Assembly (NCBI RefSeq): GCF_006345805.1
Contig: NC_043018.1
Coordinates: forward strand, 25,544,001-25,608,000
From: Octopus sinensis
Taxonomy: Eukaryota
Length of the DNA stretch: 64,000 nt
Reading direction: 5' to 3'
Positions 1-13,232 of this stretch are shown piece by piece. Within the stretch, counting starts at the first letter, position 1. Every line of letters begins with the position of its first letter. Under the pieces are notes generated by a model. It was not told the origin of the DNA. It did not search any database and worked only from the letters and a program-made list of their open reading frames with translations. Position numbers and translations under genes: made by a program.

Positions 1-99
1 GCTGTAGAAACACTGCCAGATCTGACTGGCCTGGTGCAACCTTCGGGCTCCCCAGACCCCAGTTGAACCGTCCAACCCATGCTAGCATGGAAAGCGGAC

Positions 100-149
100 G
101 TTAAATGATGATGATGATGATATATATATATATATATACACATACATAC

Positions 150-214
<65 letters not shown>

Positions 215-468
215 CATATATATACATATACATACATATGTATATATATATACATATATATATATATACATATACATACATACATATATATATATACATA
301 CATATATATATATATACATATACATACATATGTATATATATAAATATATATATATACACATATACACACACATATATATATACAAATATATATATACACA
401 TATACACACACATATATATATACACATATTCACACAGACATATATATATACACACATCATCCTCAACA

Positions 469-516
<48 letters not shown>

Positions 517-687
517 ATATATATATAATATATATATATACATATATGTGGTGTTGTGAAAGGACACAAGTCTAGTATTTGTATATATATTTGTATGTAT
601 ATATATATATATATATACATACAAATATATATATTTATATATATATACACATAAACACACATACATACACACACATCATCCTCAACA

Positions 688-743
<56 letters not shown>

Positions 744-760
744 GACATACACACACACAC
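100..760. repeat. Compound (TGA)n/(TA)n/(CA)n microsatellite field; comparable fields at 41560-41850, 42400-43090, 45740-45990, 51860-52960
   Basis: Direct inspection. These fields are the source of the YI/CV/HT-rich spurious ORFs. Confidence 0.95.
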
Positions 761-1667
761 ATCCTCTTCCTCTTCACCTTTTTTACATGCTGGCAAATCT
801 GGGAGCTGTTAAGACTTCATTGTTCGTTTTGGAAAGGTGGATACAACAGGATACCCTTCCTAATACCGTCCTTTACAGGGTGTACTGGGTGTGTTTTATG
901 TGGCACTACTCAACCCCACTCAACTGGGAGGGTGGAGTAGCATTGAGTAGGGAGGTGGGGTAGCTTTGTGCCAGTTGAGAGATTTAAGGTAGAGAGGAGT
1001 GACAGAGGTAAGTGTTTTGCTGTAGAGTTGTTGTTGTTCCTTCTCGAGCCATGCCTGGCTCATAAGGGCCGGTTTCCCGGTTTCTTGGAGTATAGGTTCC
1101 CAACCTGGATGGGACGCCGGTCGATCGCAGGTGAGCTGCAAGATGCAGGAGGAAAGAGTGAGAGAAAGTTGTGGCGAAAGAGTCAGCAGAAGTTTTGCCA
1201 TTACCTTCTGCCGGAGCCGCGTGGAGCTTAGGTGTTTCGCTCATAAACACGCACATCGTCCGGTCTGAGATTCGAACCCACGATCCCTCGACCGTGAGTC
1301 TGCTGCGCTAACCACTAGGCCATGTGCCTCCACTTGCTGTAGAGTAGTTACATAGAAACTCCAGTCGGAAAAGAAAAGGGAGTTAGAGAGTAAGATAAGG
1401 AGAGCGATAGTGTGAGAGACAATGGTGAAGATGTGTCAGGACACACCTGCAAGGGACATTGTAGGTGGTGAGAATAGGTTCCTGTGTTTGAAGTGGGTTT
1501 TAGAGACTTGCTTTAACAAAAGCTAAGGGGTTTCTCACTCCCAGTGGTCTTCCAGCACACCAGACACCAACCCATGCTAGCATGGAAAGCGGACGTTAAA
1601 CAATGATGATGATGATGACACACATCATCCTCAACATGTCAGTGTGTGTGTGTGTGTGTGTGTGTGT

Positions 1668-1965
1668 GGAGGCGCAATGGCCCAGTGGTTAGGGCAGCGG
1701 ACTCGCGGTCGTAGGATCGCGGTTTCAATTCCCAGACCGGGCGTTGTGAGTGTTTATTGAGTGAAAACACCTAAAAGCTCCACGATGCTCCGGCAGGGGG
1801 TGGTGATCCCTGCTGTACTCTTTCACCACTCTTTCTCCCACTCTTTCTTCTGTTGGCCTGCTCGCTTAGCCAGCGGGGTGGCATCATTTGAAGGCTAAAA
1901 CAACGCAAATGCATTGTGACCAGCGATGTGTAACAACATCTGATGGTCTGGTCGGTCACGTGATC
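1668..1965 (+). mobile_element. tRNA-derived SINE family D; second copy at 49179-49556, related head at 1035-1332 on the minus strand
   Basis: GGAGGCGCAATGGCCCAGTGGTTAGGGCAGCGGACTCGCGGTCGTAGGATCGCGGTTTC(A/G)ATTCCC tRNA-like head with A and B boxes. No acceptor stem closure. Confidence 0.8.
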
Positions 1966-2016
1966 ACTATATATATAGTCGCCATGATATATATATATAC
2001 ACACATACATACATAC

Positions 2017-2048
<32 letters not shown>

Positions 2049-2053
<5 letters not shown>

Positions 2054-2500
2054 AGATAAGAAAATGGAGAAATACATCTAAATCAAATATCGATTACACG
2101 ATAATACTCAATCACATACTTTATTAAACCACCACATAAGAGACTGTAGGGTTAAATATAAAAAGCAGGACAAATCAGTGTACATAAAGGAATGTACATA
2201 AAAAAGTAATGTTGTATAATAAGTAGAATATATATAAAAGAGAATATAAATATAAGTAAATATAAATACAAGTATTTACTTATATTTATATTCTCTTTTA
2301 TATATATTCTACTTACTATACAACATTACTCTTTTATGTACACTTTTTTATGTACATTCCTTTATGTACACTGATTTGTCCTGCTTTTTATATTTAACCC
2401 TACAGTCTCTTATGTGGTGGTTTAATAAAGTATGTGATTGAGTATTATCGTGTAATCGATATTTGATTTAGATGTATTTCTCCATTTTCTTATCTTGTAT
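2049..2500. repeat. Long near-perfect palindrome in DDX41 intron 13
   Basis: Arms 2049-2262 / 2273-2500, 10-nt spacer, one 14-nt indel. One-sided unique extension to ~2670. Confidence 0.9.
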
Positions 2501-2669
2501 TAGTAATTTGTGGTAAATCATTTTACCTTTGCCCATATAATACAGCAAATGAATTGATTGCATCACAATCATTAACATTTATGTATTAACCTTGTTGGGT
2601 ACTTCACTAGCAGTATATTGGATATATGTTATCCCATGGAGGGTTGCATTTACAACCCCTATCTCAATT

Positions 2670-2726
<57 letters not shown>

Positions 2727-3131
2727 TATATATACATATAGACATACACATAGATGTATCGTGTGATAGATTGATAGATCGTCGCGGAACTTATACTAGG
2801 TGGCTTGGTCAGTGAATCTTCTGTGATGGTCAACAATCAAGGGGCGAGATGAACTGCTGTAGAACACACTGTCCCAAAGTATGTATGCATGTGACCGGGG
2901 GCCACATGTAAACTGGTATTTCCACTGACAATCCAAACATGAACTCTACACCTCAACAGTGAATGATAATTATGGCATCTGTGCTATCTAATGTGCTAGC
3001 TCTTTTAGTAGGGCATTTGTCTTGTGTGTTGCTGTACTTGAGAAAACCCGCCCACCACAACAGAAAAGAGATCCTAAAACCAAGGTGTCACGTAAAAAGC
3101 ACTGGTGTGGGTGCTGCTGCCACGGTACTGG

Positions 3132-3376
3132 CACCATGTAAAAAACACTGGTACGGGTGCCACATAAAAAATACTGGTATGGGTGCCGTGTAAAAAACAT
3201 TGGTACTGATGTCATGTAAAAAACATGGTACAGGTGCTGTGTAAAAAACATGGTACGGGTGCCATGTAAAAAACATTGATATGAGTACCAAGTAAAAAAC
3301 ACTGGCACGGGTGCCACATACAAAACATGAGTACTTGTGCCATGTAAAAACACAGGTGATGGTACCATGTAAAAAG
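3132..3376. repeat. ~26-bp minisatellite (~9-10 units, TAAAAAACACTGGTACGGGTGCCA(C/T)(A/G))
   Basis: Direct tandem units, each containing the dyad TGGYAC-GG-GTGCCA. Contiguous with a family C retroposon. Confidence 0.85.
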
Positions 3377-3767
3377 CACCCAGTACACTGTGGAGTGGTT
3401 GGCATTAGGAAGGGCATTCAGCCATAGAAGCCAAGCCCAAAACAGACTATGAAACTTGGTGCAGTCCCTGGCCTTGCTAGTCCCTGTCAAGCCATCCAAT
3501 CCATGCCAGCATGCAAAACGAATGTTAAATGATGATGATGATGATGATGACGATGTGGTTAGTATTCAGGAGGGACATGGTGAACTGGTTGGCCGCAGCC
3601 AGCTCCACCCACCCTTGGTGGATGTCACTGCAAGCACAAGTAATGTGAGAATAGGCGAGGTGATACAGGTCACATATTGTGAGAGGCAACTACCAAAAGG
3701 GTGGTGAATCTGTTCACACAAATGAAAACGAAAATAAAAGCTGAACTCTGCCACGCCTTCTACTTAC

Positions 3768-3839
3768 CCACGGTCTTGTTAATGAATGTTGTTGCTGTAC
3801 CTGTTTTACCACACCTTCCTGTACGACCAATACGATGAA
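3768..3839 (-). CDS. DDX41: DDX41 coding exon 13 (VHRIGRTGRCGKTGTATTFINKTV; motif VI); gene continues beyond the left window edge
   Basis: 72 nt, phase 1 to 1, ttcag| and |gtaagt. HRIGRTGR motif VI. The expected C-terminal and zinc-knuckle exons were not found in 1-3767. Confidence 0.97.
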
Positions 3840-4061
3840 CTGAAAGCAAACAAAAGAAGGAAAGGAACAATAAATATCTTTCAGTAAGGAAACAACAGAA
3901 TTCCGAATGATCTGTAAACGAAATCCTCTCTCTCTCTCTCTCTTTCACACTCACAACAAACGCAAACAGACACATACACACACACACACAAACAACATAT
4001 ACATAAAAACTCTGTTTTACACATACATACACAAACAAAAGCACTGTTGTATACGGTTTCA

Positions 4062-4293
4062 GTAAAATTACAGATTAACACCCGCACGATTTTCACTAAG
4101 AAAAAAAAAAAACTCGGATTTTTTGCGTGGAATCAAGTACCCTGACCTCCTAATATGCTGGAAATCCCATATTTTTGCGTGGAATCAAGTACTGTGACCT
4201 CGTAATATTACAAGGTCACAGTACTTGATTCCATACAAAAAATCATTTTTTTTTTTTAGTGAAAATCGTGCGGGTGTTGATCTGTAATTTTAC
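4062..4293. mobile_element. MITE-like element with ~38-bp terminal inverted repeats
   Basis: gtaaaattacagattaacacccgcacgattttcactaa and ttagtgaaaatcgtgcgggtgttgatctgtaattttac. Internal direct repeat tttttgcgtggaatcaagtac. Confidence 0.75.
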
Positions 4294-4834
4294 CACAGTT
4301 TCTTACACACGTACACATATTTAATACTATCTTACACACAAACAAAAGCACTTTTGTATATTTTTTCTTACACACACACACGCACAAACAAACACATATA
4401 CACACACACATTTAATACTGTCTTACACACAAACAAAAACACTTTTAAATACTCTTTCTTGCACACATACATACACAAAAACATTCACACGCACACACAG
4501 AAATAAGCATAAATATAAATATATGTAAATGCTCTCTTGAACACACACATATACATGCACAGACATTTAAATACCCTCTTACGCATAAAACGCACACACA
4601 CACATTATACACAGAGATGTTGAGACATTTAACCCCTTTTGTACAAACTACTTGAGACCAACCCTGATTCTATGACACAAACCCTCATTTTAAAGTGGTG
4701 TAAATGAAAGCCTTCCATCAAAATTTCAATGTTAATTTATGTTAATTTATGTGTTCCAAACACAGGATTAATAATGACAAATGTATTCTAATAAATTCTT
4801 CATTATTTTCAAAATTTAACTGAAATAAAACTGC

Positions 4835-5450
4835 AGGAGGTGGAGCACAAGGGCAGGTGGAGCAAAGGAGGAGGTTGATCATAGGGGTAGGTGGAGCAAA
4901 GGAGGAGGTGGAGCATTGGGGTAGGTGGAACATAGGGGTGAGTGGAGCAAAGGGGGTAGAGCACAGGGGTAAGTGGTGCAAAAGAGGTGGTGGAGCACAG
5001 GAGTAGGTAAAGCAAAGGAGGTGGAGCACAGGGGCAGGTGGAGCAAAGGAGGAGGTGGAGAAGAGATGATGGAACAAAGGGGATGGAGCATAAGGGTAGG
5101 TGGAGCACAGGGGCAGGTGGAGCAAAGGAGGAGGTGGAGTATAGGGGTAGGTGGAGCATTGGGGTAGGTGGAACATAGGGGTGGGTGGAGCACAGGGGTA
5201 AGTGGTGCAAAAGAGGTGGAGCACAGGGGTAGGTGGAGCAAAAGGAGGAGGTGGAGAATAGAGGAAAGTGGAGCAAAGGGGATGGAGCACAAGGGTAGGT
5301 GGACCAAACAAGGTGGAGCAAAAGAGGAGGTGAGGTACAAGAATAGGTGGAACACAGGAAGCTGAAGAGAAAATAGAACAGGAGGAGGAGTAGCTCGAGA
5401 GATGGAGGAGGAGTAGCAAGAGGGCCGCTGGGAGAGGAGGAGGGTGTAGT
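4835..5450. repeat. G-rich minisatellite (GGAGGTGGAGCACAGGGGTAGGTGGAGCAAA-like units) in DDX41 intron 12
   Basis: Many GGTGGAGCA anchors with strong strand asymmetry. It produces three long Pro/Leu/Cys ORFs on the minus strand. Confidence 0.9.
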
Positions 5451-5457
5451 AACTCAC

Positions 5458-5607
5458 CATAGTTTTCTATGTCTTCTGGCATGTCATAGTTGATGACGTG
5501 CTGAATGTCAGAGAAATCAAGACCTTTTGATGCCACATCTGTTGCCACAAGAACATCTTTCTGACCGTTCCGGAACTGTTCCACTGATCGAGTTCTCTCT
5601 TCCTGGT
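5458..5607 (-). CDS. DDX41: DDX41 coding exon 12 (DQEERTRSV...[12 protein letters not shown]...MPEDIENY; motif V)
   Basis: 150 nt, phase 1 to 1, caacag| and |gtgagt. Confidence 0.98.
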
Positions 5608-7109
5608 CTGTTGAAACATAACACACACACACACACATTTATTTATTTGTATAACAATAATATTGGCTTCAAATTTTGGCTCAAGGCCAACAATGTCAAC
5701 AACTTACATCTGTAAGTTGATTACATCGAAAAAAAAAACCCATCCTCTGCTCAACTGATATTTATTTTATTGAGCTCATAAGGATAAAAAGCAAAGTCGA
5801 CCTCAGCAGAATTTGAACTCAGAATGTAACAACAGACGAAATGCCACCAAGCATTTTGCCCAGCATGCTAATGATTCTTCCAGTCCGCCGCCTTCATCAT
5901 CGTTTAACATCTGTTTTTCATGCTAGCATGGGTTGGATGGTTCAACTGGGGTCTGCATCAGGCTCCAGTCTGATCTGGCAGTGTTTCTACACCTGGATGC
6001 TCTTCCTAACGCCAACCACTCCATGAGTGTAATGGGAGCTTTTTACATGCCACTGGCATCGGCCACGTTCAGATGGTGCTTTTTACATGCCGCTGGCACA
6101 GGCATCATAACTACAATTTCCATTTGATATTTATTTTGGTATTGATGTACTTGACTCAATAGGTCTCCTCAAGCACAGCAGCTCACCCTAATAATCCTTT
6201 CTACTAAAGGCACAAGGCCTGAAATTGTGGGGGAGGGAGCTAGTCGATTACATCGACCCCAGTGTGTAACTGGTACTTAATTTATTGACCCCATAAGGAT
6301 AAAACGCAAAGTTGAACTCAGCAGAATTTGAACTCAGAATGTAGTGGCAGATGAAACGCTGCTATGCATTTTGTCTAGCATGCTAACGATTCTGCTAGAC
6401 TGTTGCCTTATATAATAAAAATATTAGAGATAATTTTCTTTCTAATTTTGGCACAAGGCCAGAAATTCTAAAGGGAGAGGGAAAGTCAATTACACTGACT
6501 CCAGTACATGACTGGTACTTTATTTAATCAACTCCAAAGGTTTGAGAGGCAAAGTTGACCTCAGCAGAATTCGAGCTTAGAATGTTAAGAGCCAGAACGA
6601 ACACCATCAATCCTTAGAGTCTGTAGCACTGGTAAATGGAGCAGCTTCCTTGAGTTCAGCATGTGTTTGATTATACATGTTTTGACCCTGTTCTGATCTA
6701 CCAATCAGAACATCTGAAAGTAATACAATACGTCTGTTCCCAGCCTGATTGCTTTGGCAGAATGTTCTTTTAGAAATAGGGAGAAATTTTACAATGAAAA
6801 AAGCTCTTGTGTGTGAAAATGAGCCTGGGCTGTCAGGATCAAACCACTGGAGCCTTGTTACTAATCCCTCTCAAAACTGAGCACAAATAGCACACAGAGC
6901 TCAGACACAGGATCAAATAACACCGAGGAGGTCAGAGCTCAAAGTGTTAGGCATTTTGTTTGATGTGCTGACAATTCTACCAGCTTGCTGTCTTAACAAG
7001 AAAGACCGAGTCTCTTAACCTATAAGTCTAACTTGTTAATAGACGGAGACTGTTAACAAGTAAGATCCTGTCCGCCAACAGTAAGACCATCTGTAAATGG
7101 AGCACTCAC

Positions 7110-7206
7110 CTTTTCCTCCGTGAATTGCAACGGCCTCGACTCCTTTGAGTAGGAGATATTCATGGATGGCGTCTACATCCTGTTTCTTTTCAGCAAATAC
7201 CAGCAC
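7110..7206 (-). CDS. DDX41: DDX41 coding exon 11 ([32 protein letters not shown]; motif IV)
   Basis: 97 nt, phase 0 to 1, ttacag| and |gtgagt. Nearly identical to human. Confidence 0.98.
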
Positions 7207-7761
7207 CTGTAACAACAACAACAACAATTACACTGAATAAATTTGTTATTAAACAACACAGGTGCAGGCGTGGCTATGTAGTAAGAGGCTTGCTTCCCAA
7301 CCACTTGGTTCTGGGTTCAGTCCCACTGCTTAGCATTTTAAGTATCTTCTATAATAGCCTCAGGCTGACCAAAACCTTATGAGTGGATTTAGTAGATGGA
7401 AACTGAAAGAAGCCTGTTTGTGTGTGTGTGTGTGTGTATGTGTATATGTATGAGTGTGGCTGTGTGGTAAGGAATTTGCTTCCCAACCACATAGTTCCGG
7501 ATTCAGTCTCATTCCATGGCACCTCGGGCAAGTGTACTATAGCCTTGGGCCGACCAAAGCCTTGTGAGTGGATTTGGTAGACAGAAACTGAAAGAAGCCT
7601 GCCGTATACATATATATTTGTATGTATCTATGTATACGTGTCGCTATGTCTGTGTTTTGTCTTCCACTACCACTTGACAACCAGTGCTGGCGTGTTTACA
7701 GCCTTGTAACTTAGTGGCTCGCCAAAAAGAGACTGATAGAATAAGTACATGGCTGCAGTTA

Positions 7762-8034
<273 letters not shown>

Positions 8035-8810
8035 CTAAAAGAGAAGAAGATGATGAAGAAGAATGAGGAATTAAAAAACACAAGACTAGAAGACGGAGTT
8101 GGATACAAAATGGTGAAGAGGAATCGGAGAATAGAAGAGAAGCCCCTCCCCACAAAACTTTCACAAAAAAAAAAAAAACAAAGAAAAAGAAATAAAAAGA
8201 ATATAGGGAACCTTTCATCATCACCGTCTTCATCATTATCAGCATCATCCTTTAACGCCTGTCTTCTATGCTGGGATGGGTTGGACAGTTTGACAGGAGC
8301 TGGCCAGGTAGAAGACTACAGTAATTCTTTCTATTAAAGGCACAAGGGCTGAAATTCTGTGGGATGGGGTTAGGTTAGTTGATTACATTAATCTCAATGC
8401 ACAAATAATACTTAATTTATTGACCCCGAAAGGATGGAAGGCAAAGCTGACATCAGCAAAATTTGAACTCAGAATGTAAAGAATTGGGATAAATTCCACT
8501 AAGCATTTAGTTTGATTTGCTAATAATTCTGCCAGCGTGCCACCTTCTGAATAATAATTATAATAAGAATTGTTTCAAATTTTGGAACAAGGCCAGTAGT
8601 TTTATGGAGAGAGTCATTAGTTGATTACATCGCCCCCATGTTCAACTGGTACTTATTTAATTGACCCAAAAAGGATGAAAGGCAAAGTTGACCTTGGCAG
8701 AATTTGAACTCAGGATGTGAAAAGATGGATGAAATGCTGCTAAGCATTTTGCCAAGTGCACTAACGATTCTATCAGCTTGCAGCCCTTAAATGACGACGA
8801 CGACGACGAC

Positions 8811-8846
<36 letters not shown>

Positions 8847-9277
8847 CCTTTCTGCTATAGACACAAGGCCTGAAATTGTGGAGGAGGGGGACAGTTGATT
8901 ACATCAACCCCAGTGTTTCACTGGTACTTAATTTATCGACCCTGAAAGGATGAAAGGCAAAGTCGACCTTGGTAGAATTTGAACCCAGAACATAAAGACA
9001 GATGAAATACCCTAAGCATTTCACCTGGTGTGCTTACGTTGCTGCCAGCTCGCCACCTTCTAAATGAAATCTGGTGCTTCACTGGTACTCTAAAATTAAT
9101 CCTGGCATGATTTGAACTCAAAACACAGAATGGTACAATAACATCCATACCTCTCTCGAATGTTTATAAAAGGACAGACTTGATGATCTGGGGAATGTTA
9201 TTTCAGAGAAAAATAATAATAATAATAATCAGAAGCCAGTATGATAATGGCTGCTCATACATGCTTGACCTTGGCTA

Positions 9278-9532
<255 letters not shown>

Positions 9533-9963
9533 TTATAGACAGACAGACACTACTCAAAGATATATATATATATATATACATACATATATAATGGGCCGGT
9601 GGCATGTGTAAAGTTTTGAGCGAGGTCATTGCCAATACCACCTGACTGCCGCCCCCCGTGCCGTGGGATGTAAAAGGGCAACATTTGAGCGTGATCGTTA
9701 CCAATGTCGCCTTACTGGCACCTGTGCCGCCGGCATGTGTAAAAAGATTCGAGCGAGGTCATTGCCAGTACCGCCTGACTGGCACGTAAAAAGCACCCAC
9801 TACACTCTCGGAGTGGTTGGCATTAGGAAGGGCATCCAGCTGTAGAAACTCTGCCAGATCAAGATTGGAGCCTGGTGCAGCCATCTGGTTCGCCAGCCCT
9901 CAGTCAAAATCGTCCAACCCATACTAGCTTGGAAAGAGGACGTTAAATGATAAATGAACGATG

Positions 9964-10013
<50 letters not shown>

Positions 10014-11181
10014 GTCTCTGTTACTATCTATCATGTTACTCATATTTTTAATGCTATTTCTTTACCAACAACCAATGTATAGCAGCTGCCCCAAGACAGT
10101 CCCTTTTCCATTGCATCTTCCCTCTGCAATCATTTCCTTTGATTTCTTTCATCTTCCCATTCTTTTATTATCCCATTTCAAATCCCATCTGTTTTAAAAG
10201 ATCCGAGACAACACAGAAAAGAACAGAGACGACTCTTAAGTATTGCAGAAGCGAGGACAACTTCTCTAGTGTTGGTGTAGCAATAGAATGTACCCAGTAT
10301 ACTCTGCAAAGTGGATGGCAGACAAGAAAGGGAAGACGGTCCAGTCTTGCAGGAGAGACAAAAAAACCTCCAGTCTGTCCATAGAGGAATATTATATTAT
10401 TTGGAGAGATTTTAAGGTTGGTGAAAGGAAGGATATCCAGCAATAGAAAATCTGACTCAAAAATCTCCGTTCATTCCGATTTGAACTCAGAATGTAAAGG
10501 TCTAGAGCAAATCTGTCAGGGCCTTTTGGCCAATGGTTATATGTGGCCAAAGAGAGGTAACTCTCTAAGGGACATAACTCGGTAAGTGAACTGAAACATT
10601 CATTAAATACGAGTCAATAACGTTTGAGACTGAGAAGTGTAGTCAGTACATGACGAGGGCGGTTTTCTTCGTATTCGAAGACCGCAAGAAGGTCGACATG
10701 CTGATACTTCACGTTGTAGGGCTTTTTTTTTCGTCCTGCCTGTGCTTAATAATTTTCAAGTCATTTGTTAAGGTTATCTCTACAGATATTCGATAGAAAT
10801 TATAGCCAACGCTGATTTTTGTTACGACGTTTCGTATACGAGGTCGAAGATGAAAAAAGGGTAGGTTTTGCTTCGGATCTTTTCACTTTGACCGGCAGAT
10901 TTTTAAAATAATTTCTTTGTAACTAAACACTTTTAAACTTCGTATACTGGTAGTGTGTTACATAAAACATCTTTTTCTCTTGGCTTTCTTGAGAAAATTC
11001 TGTAGTTTGTAAGCTATTTGTTGTTTAATTTCTTGCATTTCGGCAATTTCAACCAACCAATGACGTCTATTGAGGTGAATACAATATCTGCCATATTTTG
11101 TCAACAACATTTTCTGGCGGTGTCATATGAGGATACAAAATAACACCAAATTAGGGGATTAAAAGAATAAAGGAATTGTTA

Positions 11182-11508
<327 letters not shown>

Positions 11509-12410
11509 CTATTTTTTCCACCTTTTGCATTTTAGTATGTGTGTATATAGGCGCTGGAGTAGCTTGCTTCTCAGCCACATAGTTCCATGATCAGTCCCAC
11601 TGCATGTCACCTTGAGTAAGTGTCTTCTACTACAGCCTTGGGCTGACCAAAGCCTTGTGAGTGGATTTGGTAGACGGATACTGAAAGAAGCCCATTGTGT
11701 GTGTATGTATGTATGTATGTATGTATGTATGTATGTATGTATGTATGTGTATGTTTGTGTGTCTGTCCCCCCACCATTGCTTGACAACCGATGTTGGTCT
11801 GTTTATGTCCCCGTAACTTAGCGGTTCAGCAAAAGAGACCAATAGAATAAGTACTAGGCTTACAAAGAATAAGTCCTGGAGTTGATTTGTTTGACTAAAG
11901 GCAGTGCTCCAGCATGACCACAGCCAAATGACTGAGACAAATAAAAGAATATGTGTATATAAATAGGGTAGATACATCTGGAGATAAATTAGGCCTCGAA
12001 TCAGGGGAGACACATGTGGAAATAGATTGGGCCTCCAATCTGGCCTTTTGCGATACCCTTAAAGCCAGGAACTTTTCATCGACTCCTGCACATCAAGAGC
12101 ACCCATTACACTGTTGTAGTAGTTGGTGTTAGGAAGGGCATCCAGCCATAAAAACCATTCCAAATCAGACTGGGACCTGGTGCAGCTCTCTGGCTTATCA
12201 GTTCCAGTAAAACTGTCCAACCCATGCCAGCATGGAAAGCAGATGCTAATCATTCTTTTACTTGTTTCAGTAATTTGACTGCAGCCATACTGGAGTACTA
12301 TGCATACACACACACGAGGGTGTGTTGAAAAGTCCCTAGCTTGAGTTGAAGAAAATACAGGAGGATCAGTTAATTATGATTTTATTCAACATGTTCCCCT
12401 CTCGGATTCA

Positions 12411-12665
<255 letters not shown>

Positions 12666-12835
12666 TCAATATAGATCAACAGATCAATCAATAAATGACA
12701 GGGTGCTGAAATGCTTCTGGCTTTTAGGGTGTCGTGAAGGGTCTTGTTGAAGGCCCAACCTTCTGACTTTTCTTACAGGGCTGAAGAAAAACTGAAGGAC
12801 TGCTGTATTAAGTGTGTGAATCTGAGAGAGGAATA

Positions 12836-13232
12836 TCTTTATATATAAAAGTGAGGTTGTGTGCTGTCTGTCTCCTACGATTTAGATTCCTAACTACTCC
12901 CACATTTTGCGGTGCAGTTTAACCAAAACCGGGTATCTTATAGTTGTGATTCATATCGAGCCCTTCTGGGTATTAGTGCGCGTCTACGATGAGTCTGATT
13001 AAAAAAAAAATTTACCATCAATTTTTCCCATTTTTAATGCATTTTTGACATATATAAGGGAAGTAACTCTCTAAAAATTTATTATTAAATCTCAGAACGT
13101 AAAAAGCTACAGTAACACCCCCTCCCCTTTGTGGTTAGCCATATTGAGATGGCTATTATACTTTACATCTCTAAAAATGCTTATATAGTTATTTCCCTTA
13201 CAAACCCGAGCAACGCCGGGCGATACTGCTAG
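12836..13232 (+). mobile_element. Non-autonomous Helitron
   Basis: 5-prime TC(TTTATATATAAAA), 3-prime hairpin CCCGAGCAACGCCGGG followed by CTAG. Inserted at A|T without a TSD inside a mariner-derived MITE. Confidence 0.8.

Noticed and set aside
82-940. Long overlapping ORFs rich in Y/I/C/V/H/T here and at many other positions (e.g. 41405-41930, 42272-43278, 43565-44437, 51841-52898)
   Set aside because: They are translations of TA, CA, TCTA, GAT and CAC microsatellites that lack stop codons, not genes.
1668-1740. tRNA-like sequence (also 49179-49250 and the heads of SINE A and B)
   Set aside because: No closing acceptor stem or proper cloverleaf, and it continues into SINE bodies. These are SINE heads, not tRNA genes.
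3132-3376. Regularly spaced palindromic repeats superficially like a CRISPR array
   Set aside because: Units are contiguous without unique spacers, there are no cas genes, and the context is eukaryotic.
3555-3709. Possible alternative terminal DDX41 exon 58 nt after exon 13 (would add DSPPFW*)
   Set aside because: Weak acceptor, no similarity to the DDX41 C-terminus and no supporting evidence. The true last exons are presumed to lie outside the window.
4809-5460. 170-298 aa Pro/Leu/Cys-rich ORFs resembling keratin-associated or extensin proteins
   Set aside because: They arise from the G-rich minisatellite in all three minus frames. Only the first ~50 codons of the 298-aa ORF (exon 12) are real coding sequence.
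10820-10870. CGAAACGTC motif on the minus strand resembling a hammerhead 3-prime half
   Set aside because: No CUGANGA or stem I partner was found upstream.
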